From the NCBI GenBank assembly GCA_910585745.1, contig CAJUFM010000003.1, positions 1-64,000 of the forward strand: a stretch of DNA of 64,000 nt. Reading direction: 5' to 3'. The notes under the pieces were generated by a model, which saw only the letters and a list, made by a program, of their open reading frames with translations, was not told the DNA's origin and searched no databases. Of this stretch, positions 39,807 through 49,216 are shown one piece after another. Each line of letters opens with the position of its first letter. The stretch's first letter is position 1. The translations under genes and the position numbers were made by a program. This stretch comes from an uncultured Eubacterium sp. GTDB lineage: Bacteria; Bacillota; Clostridia; Lachnospirales; Lachnospiraceae.

Positions 39807-40131
39807 ATTTATCCTCGCTTTTGGTGCAACCATAATAGCCGCTGTATCACAGCTGTTCTTAAAAAGTTCAGCGAATCAAAAACATAGTGGCTTTATTAAG
39901 AAGTTTTTGAATTTTAAAGTTATTTTTGCCTATGGATTATTATTTTTGTCTACGGTTTTTAATGTTTTTGCTTACCGGACACTTTCATTAAAATACCAGC
40001 CTATGATTGACTCCACAGGGCTGATCTGGGTTACTATACTGGCAGCTGTTTTTATAAACGAAAAGCCTTCAAAAATAAAGATCATTTCTATTTTGGTGAC
40101 ATTGGCCGGAGTGGTGATTTACTGTTTGTAA
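39796..40131 (+). CDS. SMR/EamA-like 4-TM protein (ArnF-like flippase subunit)
   Basis: 111 aa, four TM helices, paired with the previous gene. Confidence 0.6.
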   Translation: MIIEFILAFGATIIAAVSQLFLKSSANQKHSGFIKKFLNFKVIFAYGLLFLSTVFNVFAYRTLSLKYQPMIDSTGLIWVTILAAVFINEKPSKIKIISILVTLAGVVIYCL

Positions 40132-40197
40132 ATTTTGTAAGAGTTGATATTAGGATTACTTATATTATGAAGTTTCTTAAACAAGATATTTTGTTGG

Positions 40198-40238
40198 AAA
40201 GGCCAGATAAATTAATAATGCTGGCCTTAAATTTTTCC
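40198..40238 (+). terminator. Rho-independent terminator (AAGGCCAG...CTGGCCTT followed by AAATTTTTCC)
   Basis: 8-bp perfect stem plus T-tract directly after the ArnF-like gene. Confidence 0.6.
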
Positions 40239-40438
40239 TTGCCGTCTGAAGTAAACTATGCTATACTATCCTTAAGCAATAAGTTTCTATTTTTTCTGGT
40301 TTTCTATCATCTTTTTTAGGACTCTTGCTTATTAATTCTATTAATTTTTCATGTATTAAGCAGGAGTGCGGAGATTTAAACATATGAAAAAAGATCCATT
40401 TCTCCTGGTGAAGCGTTTATCTTAGGAGGGGATATGGA

Positions 40439-41404
40439 ATGTATAGTAACGAAAATTCATTGGCAAAACGTATCAACACGTCAGAAATATGTTTGTCGTA
40501 TGATCAGTTATGTAAGAGGCTGCTGGCAAATAAGCAGATTCTGGCATGGATCCTGAAAGGCTGTGTGGCTGAGTTTGCGGAGTGCAGTATGCAGGATATC
40601 GCAGAAAAATATATTGAAGGCTGCCCTGGCAAAACAACGGTTTCCTTATATCCAGATGAACGTAGTGAGTTTGTTGAGGGTGCAGTGACGGAAGATAGTA
40701 CGATGCTGGAAGGAACCGTTGCCTTTGATATACACTTTAAAGCAATTAAGCCGGATTCTGATACATTTGTTTCATTTATTTTCAATATAGAAGCGCAGAA
40801 AAATTTTTACCCGGGCTACCCATTGATAAAAAGAGGAGTCTACTATGGCAGCAGGTTGATTTCATCCCAGTGGGGAACTGTATTTTCAAATTCACACTAT
40901 GAAAAGATGAATAAGGTGTATACGATCTGGGTGTGTACAGATCCGCCGCGATACCGAAGGAATACTATTGTGAGTTACTCTTTGGAGCCGCACGATCTGG
41001 CCGGGAAAACAAAGGAAAAGAAGGAAAATTACGATCTGATAACCGTTGTCATGATCTGTCTTGGCAATTCGGGCGATAAAAATTATAAAGGCCTGCTAAA
41101 GATGTTAGGTGTACTTTTGAAGGAGGACATGCCTGCCGCGGAGAAAAAAAGGATATTGCAGGAGGAGTTTTCGATTATTTTATCAACCAGTATGGAAAGA
41201 GAGGTGTCGCAAATGTGTGATCTGGGGATTGGTCTTTGGAAAGAAGCCTGGGATGAAGCGAAGTATGAGGATGTCTGTAACCTGATGGAGGTTACTGGCT
41301 GGGATATGGAAAAATGTATGGATATCTTGAAAATACCAGAAGAGAAAAAGGATTTTTTTGGCATGAAAGCGGTAAATGGAAAGAAGGAACTGGTACTGGG
41401 TTAG
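40439..41404 (+). CDS. Rpn-family recombination-promoting nuclease / putative transposase (PD-(D/E)XK, Transposase_31-like)
   Basis: Core FDIHFKAIKPDSDTFVSFIFNIEAQKNF (D...E.Q motif), ~320 aa, flanked by AT-rich non-coding DNA. Confidence 0.5.
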   Translation: MYSNENSLAKRINTSEICLSYDQLCKRLLANKQILAWILKGCVAEFAECSMQDIAEKYIEGCPGKTTVSLYPDERSEFVEGAVTEDSTMLEGTVAFDIHFKAIKPDSDTFVSFIFNIEAQKNFYPGYPLIKRGVYYGSRLISSQWGTVFSNSHYEKMNKVYTIWVCTDPPRYRRNTIVSYSLEPHDLAGKTKEKKENYDLITVVMICLGNSGDKNYKGLLKMLGVLLKEDMPAAEKKRILQEEFSIILSTSMEREVSQMCDLGIGLWKEAWDEAKYEDVCNLMEVTGWDMEKCMDILKIPEEKKDFFGMKAVNGKKELVLG

Positions 41405-41622
41405 CATTATGGCGTGAATTTGATCCTGCTTTTTCCTAAGTTAGTACAATAATATAAGCTTTGGATCATATATCTCAAAACCAATAGTCGTATATTCCAA
41501 CAGGGAATCATACGGCTATTTTTTTGTTTTTGTCATTTTCTATGGAAAAAACAGACAAAAAGTGGTATACTACTTTTATATGCGTTAAAAGATGAAAGAA
41601 ATGTAAGCTCAGGAGGACGATC

Positions 41623-43440
41623 ATGAAGATAAAATTATCCAACTATGTAGCACAGTTTTTAGTGGACCATGGGATTGATACAGTGTTTACTGTGACAGGT
41701 GGCGGTGCCATGCACCTGAACGACGGGCTGGGGCACCAGGAAGGACTGCACTGTGTCTATCAGCACCATGAGCAGGCGTGTGCCATCGCTGGTGAAGCAT
41801 ATGCTAGAATGCATAACAAAATTGGCGCTGTTTGTGTGACCACGGGACCAGGAGGGACCAATGCCATTACCGGTGTGGTAGGAGGATGGCTGGATTCCAT
41901 CCCCATGCTGGTGATCTCCGGCCAGGTCCGCTATGATACTACGGCGAGAAGCACGGGCCTTGGGATCCGGGCGATGGGAGACCAGGAATTTGATATCTGT
42001 AAGGCCGTGGACAGTATGACGAAATACTGCCAGATGGTGATCGATCCTCTGGATATCCGATATTGTCTGGAAAAGGCGCTGTATCTGGCCCAGATTGGAA
42101 GACCGGGGCCATGCTGGCTGGATATACCGGTAAATGTGCAGGGAGCATTTATTGAGACCGAAGAACTTCGTTCTTTTGATCCGGCAGAATGCGTTGCAGA
42201 AGTTCCGGCAAAGCCATCGGAGGAAACCATAGATACGATCATTGAAAAGATCAAACAGGCAAAGCGTCCGGTGATCAATGCCGGAAACGGAATCCGGATC
42301 TCCGGCGGTTATGAGGATTTCTGCCAGATGGTGGACAAGCTGAATATCCCGGTAGTGACCGGCTGGAACAGCATTGACCTGATCGCGGATGCGCATCCCT
42401 TGTATGTGGGCCGGGGTGGTATCATGGGAGACCGGGCAGGAAATTTTGCGATCCAGAACAGTGATCTGGTACTTTCCCTTGGAAGCCGTCTGAGTATCCG
42501 CCAGGTGGGGTACAATTATAAGACATGGGCGAGAGAGGCTTATACCATCGTAGTGGATGTGGACGGTGAGGAGCTGAAAAAACCTACGATTCATGTAGAC
42601 ATGCCGGTATGTGCGGATGTGAAAAATGTGATGCAGATGATCAATGAGAAGCTTGGGGATACAAAGCTGGACACAGATCCCTTCTGGCTGGATAAATGCG
42701 ATCACTGGAAAAAGACTTATCCTGTTGTTCTGCCGAAACATTACGAGCAGAAAGGGCTGGCCAACGTCTATGCATTTATTAAGGAAGTCAGCAGAGTCCT
42801 TCCGGAAGATTATGTGACGGTGGTCGGAAATGGTTCCGCCTGTGTGGTGGGAAGCCATGGTTATGAGATCAAAAAGGGACAGAGATTTATTATCAATTCG
42901 GCCATCGCATCCATGGGATACGATCTGCCGGCTGCTATTGGTGCCTGCGTAGCGGAGGGGGGCAGAGAGCTGGTGTGCCTGAGCGGCGACGGAAGCATCC
43001 AGATGAATCTTCAGGAACTACAGACGATTCAGACCAATAAACTGCCTATCAAGATCTTTGTCATCAACAACAATGGGTATCATTCTATTCGTCAGACACA
43101 GACCAATTTCTTTGGAGAACCTTTTGTGGGAATCGGGCCTCAGAGCCATGACCTGGAATTTCCGGATATGAAAAAAATCGCTTATGCCTATGATTATCCA
43201 TTTTTCCGCTGTGAGAGCAATGACGCGCTGGAGGAGACAATACGGCAGGTTTTCGCCACAGAGGGAGCAGTGATCTGTGAGATCATGGTCTCCACGGATC
43301 AGAACTTTGAGCCAAAGTCTTCTACCAAACGGCTGGAGGATGGCACACTGGTATCACCGCCGCTGGAGGACCTGGCGCCATTCCTTGACAGAGAGACATT
43401 CTTAAAAGAGATGATTATAGATCCGGTTTCGGAGGAATGA
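41623..43440 (+). CDS. Thiamine-diphosphate-dependent enzyme (acetolactate-synthase-like fold)
   Basis: N-terminal TPP-enzyme pyrimidine-binding pattern GGGAMHLNDGL...HEQACAIAGEAYAR; GDG-type TPP motif CLSGDGSIQMNLQEL. Confidence 0.75.
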   Translation: MKIKLSNYVAQFLVDHGIDTVFTVTGGGAMHLNDGLGHQEGLHCVYQHHEQACAIAGEAYARMHNKIGAVCVTTGPGGTNAITGVVGGWLDSIPMLVISGQVRYDTTARSTGLGIRAMGDQEFDICKAVDSMTKYCQMVIDPLDIRYCLEKALYLAQIGRPGPCWLDIPVNVQGAFIETEELRSFDPAECVAEVPAKPSEETIDTIIEKIKQAKRPVINAGNGIRISGGYEDFCQMVDKLNIPVVTGWNSIDLIADAHPLYVGRGGIMGDRAGNFAIQNSDLVLSLGSRLSIRQVGYNYKTWAREAYTIVVDVDGEELKKPTIHVDMPVCADVKNVMQMINEKLGDTKLDTDPFWLDKCDHWKKTYPVVLPKHYEQKGLANVYAFIKEVSRVLPEDYVTVVGNGSACVVGSHGYEIKKGQRFIINSAIASMGYDLPAAIGACVAEGGRELVCLSGDGSIQMNLQELQTIQTNKLPIKIFVINNNGYHSIRQTQTNFFGEPFVGIGPQSHDLEFPDMKKIAYAYDYPFFRCESNDALEETIRQVFATEGAVICEIMVSTDQNFEPKSSTKRLEDGTLVSPPLEDLAPFLDRETFLKEMIIDPVSEE

Positions 43441-43441
43441 C

Positions 43442-45055
43442 TTATTGGGTGTTTAATTCGTCATATAATAAGATGTTTTTTTCATAGATGAGAATTTTAT
43501 AATCTTTATACTCCTTGATCTCTGAGGTGGCAAGGTAATATTTATCATCAATGGCCTCATCATCTGGAGCGACGAGAATAAAGCATCTGCCAGGGTGCTT
43601 CCCAACATCATAGTATGAGCGGGAGGTCATCCAGTAGTAAGGATAGGAGGGCGTGATGATATAAGAGACGAGTTTAATCTCCCCGTTGGAAAGAGCCATA
43701 TACTTATATGAATTCCAGAAGGTGGAAAAGCCATAATTAAGGTCATTTTCTTTCAAAAAATCGATTAACGTCCCTTCTTCCTGGTCGACTTTGTATTCGT
43801 TGCGGATGGGCAGCACGGTTTCGGTCATGTAATTGAGGTGACCGCATAAAACGATAATCGTTGTGACTGCATAAATAAATCCTTCAAAATATTTACCTTT
43901 TGCTTTGATTAGGTCCGTAAGCAATATGGATGTAAACACGATATTGTGCCAGAATACGAGTTCGTAATATATAATATTGCTTGCATTTGTAAACAGCATT
44001 GTATATAAAAGGAGAAAATTACTGATAAATGCATAAATTGTGTAGAATCTCCAAAATGGTTTTTTTACCTTTTTGTATCGGAGAATCATCCAAACAGGAG
44101 AGACTATCGCGCAGAGGAACATGACAATAAGGTACATGCCAGAGGTGATACCAGAGAGAGATACCAGTTCTTTTTCCCCTGTCGCATAATAAAAGCGGAG
44201 GATGCTTGGAATAAGTTTATTAAAATTTTCAGTTAGTTTTTCCATACTTACAAAAGAAACAGAGCCACTGATGGATTCCAATGTGAGAATCTTTGACAAG
44301 GCTGTGTAACCGGTCACTCCAAGAACTGTCCCGATGATGGTCAATACCAGAAGTATGTTCTGTTTTTTGTTTTTGAGAACAAGCTCGATACGAAACTGGT
44401 TTTCAATATATGAAAACACGGGAAATGAAACGACAATCGGCAGGGTAAAAAGAAATATGCTTTTCATGCCTTTTATGCTGCATAAAAAAATGAGGATAAA
44501 CCAAACAATATAGAGAAGGGGAAGATAATTACGGCGTTCTTCCTGCGCCGCCTGTGAAAAGAGCAACCGGTATATCAGAAGCATTAGAAGAAGATCCCAA
44601 ATGATCTGATATGTATAGGCTGCCTCATAAAATGTTTCCCAATAGTGCATCATGGGAAGAGTCAGCATGAGAATAGAAAGCAGAGCAGCGGTATACCGGT
44701 TTTTTCCAGACAATGTATGGTGATAAAAATAAAAAATCAAGACAATGGCAGCCAATACTAAAAGAATTACGGTCAATTCCCTGCACAACAGCCAGTCCTG
44801 ACAAAATAGCCTTAATACCAGAACGATCAGTTCCGGAGAAAATATGAGGATTCCTGTGGTATAGCAGAAACCATCTGGGAAAAACTGGCGGGTTTTGATC
44901 TGTTCGTCAGCCATGAGCAGCCAGTATGCCATATCTGAAGTAAAGATGGATCTTGTACAGTACAAAATATAAAACAGGACAGCGGATATGCTGAAAACCG
45001 TCATTATAAATAATAAAAGTTTACGTTTTGAAAAGCTTCTTCGTTTTGGATGCAT
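43442..45055 (-). CDS. Polytopic membrane protein with C-terminal soluble domain; putative GT-C-type glycosyltransferase
   Basis: ~12 predicted TM helices in the first 400 aa, then a ~130-aa hydrophilic tail; context next to the UbiA/GtrA module. Confidence 0.45.
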   Translation of the reverse strand: MHPKRRSFSKRKLLLFIMTVFSISAVLFYILYCTRSIFTSDMAYWLLMADEQIKTRQFFPDGFCYTTGILIFSPELIVLVLRLFCQDWLLCRELTVILLVLAAIVLIFYFYHHTLSGKNRYTAALLSILMLTLPMMHYWETFYEAAYTYQIIWDLLLMLLIYRLLFSQAAQEERRNYLPLLYIVWFILIFLCSIKGMKSIFLFTLPIVVSFPVFSYIENQFRIELVLKNKKQNILLVLTIIGTVLGVTGYTALSKILTLESISGSVSFVSMEKLTENFNKLIPSILRFYYATGEKELVSLSGITSGMYLIVMFLCAIVSPVWMILRYKKVKKPFWRFYTIYAFISNFLLLYTMLFTNASNIIYYELVFWHNIVFTSILLTDLIKAKGKYFEGFIYAVTTIIVLCGHLNYMTETVLPIRNEYKVDQEEGTLIDFLKENDLNYGFSTFWNSYKYMALSNGEIKLVSYIITPSYPYYWMTSRSYYDVGKHPGRCFILVAPDDEAIDDKYYLATSEIKEYKDYKILIYEKNILLYDELNTQ

Positions 45056-45218
45056 ATTATAACCTCATTTCGACTGGAATAAATTCATATTATCATGCAG
45101 GGGATAGAAAGTCAAACAATAATTGACTTTCTACCATTTTGTGTTAAAATAAAAGTAATATTGTTTGAATTTTTTTCCACAATCAAGACGGATACTGTGA
45201 ATAACAAGGAGATGCGGT

Positions 45219-46082
45219 ATGTACAAATATCTTAAGCTACTACGTGTAAAACACTATATTAAAAATTTTCTGATATTTTGCCCTGCTTTTTTTGGAAGAA
45301 CGTTTTTTTATGGAAATGCAATTCTTGAATGTGGCATTGCTTTTTTGACCTTTAGTTTTTTGTCTTCTATTGTCTATATTATAAATGATATTCATGATCT
45401 GGAAAAAGACAGACTTCATCCTGAGAAGTCGAAACGTCCTATTGCATCTGGTGCGGTTTCCCAAAAACAGGCATGGACGGTTGCCCTTATACTTGGCGGT
45501 CTGGTAGTGCTGTTGCAGGTCTTTACTCACTTGCTGGAATGGCAGACCTGGCTTGTGCTGATATTTTATTTTGTGATTAATATGGCATACAGTATATGGG
45601 GATTGAAAGGATATCCTTTGGTTGATGTATTTGTCTTGGCTTTGGGGTTTGTACTGAGGATTATGTTTGGATCAGTCTGCACTGGGATAGAGGTGTCCCA
45701 ATGGCTGTATCTGGTTGTCTTTTCCGGTTCACTGTTTATGGGATTTGGAAAGCGTAGAAATGAATTGCTCCAGTGTCAGGATACGACGAGGGCGGTGTTA
45801 TCAAAATATAACAAAGAGTATCTGGGCAGATGTCTGTCGGCCTGTATGACATTAAGTATTGTATTTTACTCATTTTGGTGCATGGAACGGGATCAGATGT
45901 ACGGAGACAAGTATTATTTGTACACGGTTCCAGTTTTTGTATTTATTATGCTGAAATATTCCTATGATATTGAAAATGATGAAGACGGGGATCCAACTAA
46001 CGTTATTTTAAATGATAAAATCCTGATTTTATGTGTGCTGATTTTAGCTGTTCTTTTTGCAGTGCTAATGTATTTGGTATAA
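45219..46082 (+). CDS. UbiA-family polyprenyl-phosphate 5-phosphoribosyltransferase (Rv3806c/DPPR-synthase-like)
   Basis: Motif YIINDIHDLEKDRLHPEKSKRPIASG matches the NDxxDxxxD-RxHPxKxxRPxAsG signature of DPPR synthases; 8-9 TM helices; C-terminal DGDPTNVILNDKILIL. Confidence 0.65.
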   Translation: MYKYLKLLRVKHYIKNFLIFCPAFFGRTFFYGNAILECGIAFLTFSFLSSIVYIINDIHDLEKDRLHPEKSKRPIASGAVSQKQAWTVALILGGLVVLLQVFTHLLEWQTWLVLIFYFVINMAYSIWGLKGYPLVDVFVLALGFVLRIMFGSVCTGIEVSQWLYLVVFSGSLFMGFGKRRNELLQCQDTTRAVLSKYNKEYLGRCLSACMTLSIVFYSFWCMERDQMYGDKYYLYTVPVFVFIMLKYSYDIENDEDGDPTNVILNDKILILCVLILAVLFAVLMYLV

Positions 46083-46096
46083 AGGGGATTCTAGAC

Positions 46097-46660
46097 ATGA
46101 ATGTTTATGATTTTGACGGAACTATATATCGTGGGGACAGTACAGTTGATTTTTATTTTTTTTGTTTGTTCCGCTATCCTTTGATGATATTCAGTGTACC
46201 CGTCCAGTTTTGGGGAATGGTATCTTATAAAGCGGGACGGATCGATAAGACGCAGATGAAAAGTTATTTTTTTTCCTTTTTAAAAAAGGTAAAGAAAAAA
46301 GATGAAATAATACAGAAATTCTGGAAAAAAAATATAAAAAAGATCTACGCCTGGTATCGGAATCAGCAAGAGGAGGATGATGTTATTATCTCGGCCTCGC
46401 CGGAATTTTTGCTACAGCCGGTGTGCAACCAGCTGGGAATAAAAAATCTCGTTGCCTCAGAGGTTGATCTTTCTACAGGAAAATTTCTTGGAAAGAATTG
46501 TTACGGTGAAGAAAAAATCCGCAGATTTCAGGAAGCCTATGGTGCCAAGGCTGAAATTCAGAACTTTTATTCGGATTCCATATCAGACCTGCCCATGGCG
46601 CAAATGGCAGCAAAGGCATTTTTTTGCAGAAAGGGAGAAAGAAAAAGATGGGAAATATAA
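46097..46660 (+). CDS. HAD-superfamily phosphatase (start at ATG 46097, MNVYDFDGTIY)
   Basis: HAD motif I DFDGT at the N-terminus; AAAGGGG RBS; the track's earlier start overlaps the UbiA gene. Confidence 0.6.
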   Translation: MNVYDFDGTIYRGDSTVDFYFFCLFRYPLMIFSVPVQFWGMVSYKAGRIDKTQMKSYFFSFLKKVKKKDEIIQKFWKKNIKKIYAWYRNQQEEDDVIISASPEFLLQPVCNQLGIKNLVASEVDLSTGKFLGKNCYGEEKIRRFQEAYGAKAEIQNFYSDSISDLPMAQMAAKAFFCRKGERKRWEI

Positions 46661-48693
46661 AGGAACTGTTTAAAAAATATACAGTATTGGAAAGAGTAGT
46701 CCTAATTATACTTTTGGGTTGTTTTGTTGGACAGTTTTTATGGATCTGTTATATCAATCTGTTCCAGTTACAGTACCACCTTGGATATGACGCTTCCTCT
46801 TATTTGCTGAAAAGCATTGAAATGGCAAAGCAGGGAACTCCCTTTATTAGTCAATGGTCTGAGCAGACCAGCCTGTATCTGGATTCAGTGGTTCCTTTTG
46901 CAGCGCTGATCTATAAGGTGACAAATAATATATTTCTTTCTTTTGGAGTCTCGAACCTATTAATGCTTGTAGTTCTGTTGCTTCTATTCTGGCGTCTGTT
47001 ATCTTATTTTATAAGTAGGACAAATCTGGTTGCCAAATTGTTTTCCATTGATTTGTTGATCAGCGCCTATTATCTTACTGGCGGGGACAGTACTAATGAT
47101 CTTTCGTATTCGGCTATGATGTATATGGCGGCTTCGATGTATATCTTTAAGATGATTGCAGTTTTGATGACCATTCTCTGCGTCATGCGTCTCGAAGAAG
47201 GGAAACGATCCTATCTTTTATGCGCCCTTTCCTTAATGATGTTGTTTGTGACAGGGCTTTCGAGTGGAACATATATGCTGTTTACCCTTGTGGTACCATG
47301 TTTTGCTTATGTGCTGGTAAAGGTTTTTTTGAAAAATGACTGGAAGCGTCTCAAATATATTACAGTAATTTATTTGGTAATGAGTGTAATCGCAGTTATT
47401 GCAGGGAAGATATGTACCTCTATGGTTTCCGATTTTGTTGCAAGAGATTCCGCAATGACCTGGTGCGGGGCGCTGGATTTTTGGAAGAACTTAGGCTTAT
47501 TTGTTGTGGCTTATCCACAGGGAATCACAGCAATGACTATGGTGTCGGGAACGGAAATCATGAGTCTGGACGGAATCTTTATGATGTGTGGGCTGGGAAT
47601 TTTGTTTGCTACGGCCGCGGCACTTATTTATTTTGTGAGAAAAGTAGTGAAGGAAAAGGGTAAAGATCACAATTCTCTTCTTTTATTGACAGTGATTGGA
47701 GTCAATGTATGCATGTTTGTTTTCGGATATACATTATATAAGGACATGGATGATTTTTTCCAGACCAGATATCTGATTCCTTTGATGATGCTCTACTTTA
47801 TCTGCATAGGTATCTGGATGGACAGGCTGGATAAGCGCTATATCATTTCAAATCTGATCCTGCTGGCAGTAGCAGGATGCATTCTGGGTATAAATATTAA
47901 GTCGGATGTGGTTTATACCAGAACAAGAGCGAATTACGATGAGCTGTCAGAGCTTTCAGAGATGATAGACAAAAATACGGAAGCACCAGTGGCTTATGTT
48001 CTGGGTGATCTGACAGCGGCCAGGAATCTCCGGGTAATTGATCCAGACAGAGTGTACAAAGGTTTAGATGAAAAAGGCGAGTTTTCCCACTGGGGTGACT
48101 ATCTCTATTATGATGACCCCAAGGAATATCCAGGGGAAGTGATTGTCATAAATAAGAATAATGCGCTGCAGAACCTGGAATCATATTATGATGCCTGTCA
48201 GCTTTTGACAACATACAAGGGATATGAGATTTATAAGATGTCACGAAATATAATGGGGGCATATGCCCCTTCCTTTGATCCTGGAAAAACATACACGTTT
48301 TCGGGGGATAAACGCACAGCAGAAGCTGCTGTGGAAAAGGGACTTTCATATAATGACGGAGATTTTTCGTGGACAGATGGAAATCTTAAAATGAATTTCT
48401 ATTTAAAAAAAACAGAAAACCTTTCCCAAACTGCTACGATCAATTTTGGTGTTAAGGGAGTATGGGCGCTGAAACAGAATGTTAAGGTGAAGATAAACGG
48501 AAAACTGGCAGTTAAAACGAAACTGAATCCAGACTCTACAGTACTGCAGGCGGATTTTGAGGTTCCAGAGGACAGAAGGATTGAACTGGAGCTTGTTCTG
48601 CCAGATAAGAGCAGCCCTTATGAGGAAGGAGTAAATGATGATAAAAGAAGACTGGGACTGCGCATGGTAGATATGCGGGTGGACCTGAAGTGA
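46648..48693 (+). CDS. Large polytopic membrane protein with ~250-aa C-terminal extracytoplasmic domain; putative GT-C glycosyltransferase
   Basis: Multiple TM helices through ~aa 430, then a soluble domain; start at ATG 46648 with AAAGGGAGAAAG RBS. Confidence 0.45.
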   Translation: MGNIKELFKKYTVLERVVLIILLGCFVGQFLWICYINLFQLQYHLGYDASSYLLKSIEMAKQGTPFISQWSEQTSLYLDSVVPFAALIYKVTNNIFLSFGVSNLLMLVVLLLLFWRLLSYFISRTNLVAKLFSIDLLISAYYLTGGDSTNDLSYSAMMYMAASMYIFKMIAVLMTILCVMRLEEGKRSYLLCALSLMMLFVTGLSSGTYMLFTLVVPCFAYVLVKVFLKNDWKRLKYITVIYLVMSVIAVIAGKICTSMVSDFVARDSAMTWCGALDFWKNLGLFVVAYPQGITAMTMVSGTEIMSLDGIFMMCGLGILFATAAALIYFVRKVVKEKGKDHNSLLLLTVIGVNVCMFVFGYTLYKDMDDFFQTRYLIPLMMLYFICIGIWMDRLDKRYIISNLILLAVAGCILGINIKSDVVYTRTRANYDELSELSEMIDKNTEAPVAYVLGDLTAARNLRVIDPDRVYKGLDEKGEFSHWGDYLYYDDPKEYPGEVIVINKNNALQNLESYYDACQLLTTYKGYEIYKMSRNIMGAYAPSFDPGKTYTFSGDKRTAEAAVEKGLSYNDGDFSWTDGNLKMNFYLKKTENLSQTATINFGVKGVWALKQNVKVKINGKLAVKTKLNPDSTVLQADFEVPEDRRIELELVLPDKSSPYEEGVNDDKRRLGLRMVDMRVDLK

Positions 48694-48720
48694 TAGTTTT
48701 GATGGAGAAAATGTAAAAAC

Positions 48721-49200
48721 ATGATAGAAGAAAAAAAGGATTTCTTTGACAGAATTATGTCCTGGCCGGTTCTGGTTCGGTTTGAGCCATGGTATAAAAA
48801 AAATAAAGAAGTGTTGCTGTATCTGTTCTTTGGCGGCCTGACTTTTTTTGTGAGCCTTGGTTCTTTTGTCCTGTTTGACCGCGCAGTGGGGTTCAATGAG
48901 CTGGTTGCGAATGTTATTTCATGGGTTCTGGCGGTTGTATTTGCTTTTTTTACGAACCGTATATGGGTGTTTGAGGGATATACGGAAAACAGAAAAGAGT
49001 TTGTCCAGCAGATGTCCGGGTTCTTTTTGGGCAGAGTTGTGACATTGCTAATCGAAGAGATCATTCTGGCTGTTTTTATATCCTGGCTGGGAATGAACAG
49101 CATTCTTGTAAAAACAGGTGCTCAGATCGTTGTGATTGTAGCAAATTATGTGATCAGCAAATGGTTTGTATTTGGGAAAAAGAATGAGGATAAACAATAG
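48721..49200 (+). CDS. GtrA-family 4-TM protein (lipid-linked sugar flippase candidate, Rv3789-like)
   Basis: FTNRIWVF motif, four TM helices, 159 aa. Confidence 0.7.
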   Translation: MIEEKKDFFDRIMSWPVLVRFEPWYKKNKEVLLYLFFGGLTFFVSLGSFVLFDRAVGFNELVANVISWVLAVVFAFFTNRIWVFEGYTENRKEFVQQMSGFFLGRVVTLLIEEIILAVFISWLGMNSILVKTGAQIVVIVANYVISKWFVFGKKNEDKQ

Positions 49201-49216
49201 ATCATTAGCTGGAGGT

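Noticed and set aside
41659-42858. 399-aa antisense ORF inside the TPP-enzyme gene, and other long antisense ORFs (10328-10759, 14267-15058, 53707-54264, 59868-60551)
   Set aside because: They lie entirely within sense-strand genes that have strong family signatures, have no RBS, and are composed of low-complexity reverse-frame codons. Treated as shadow ORFs.
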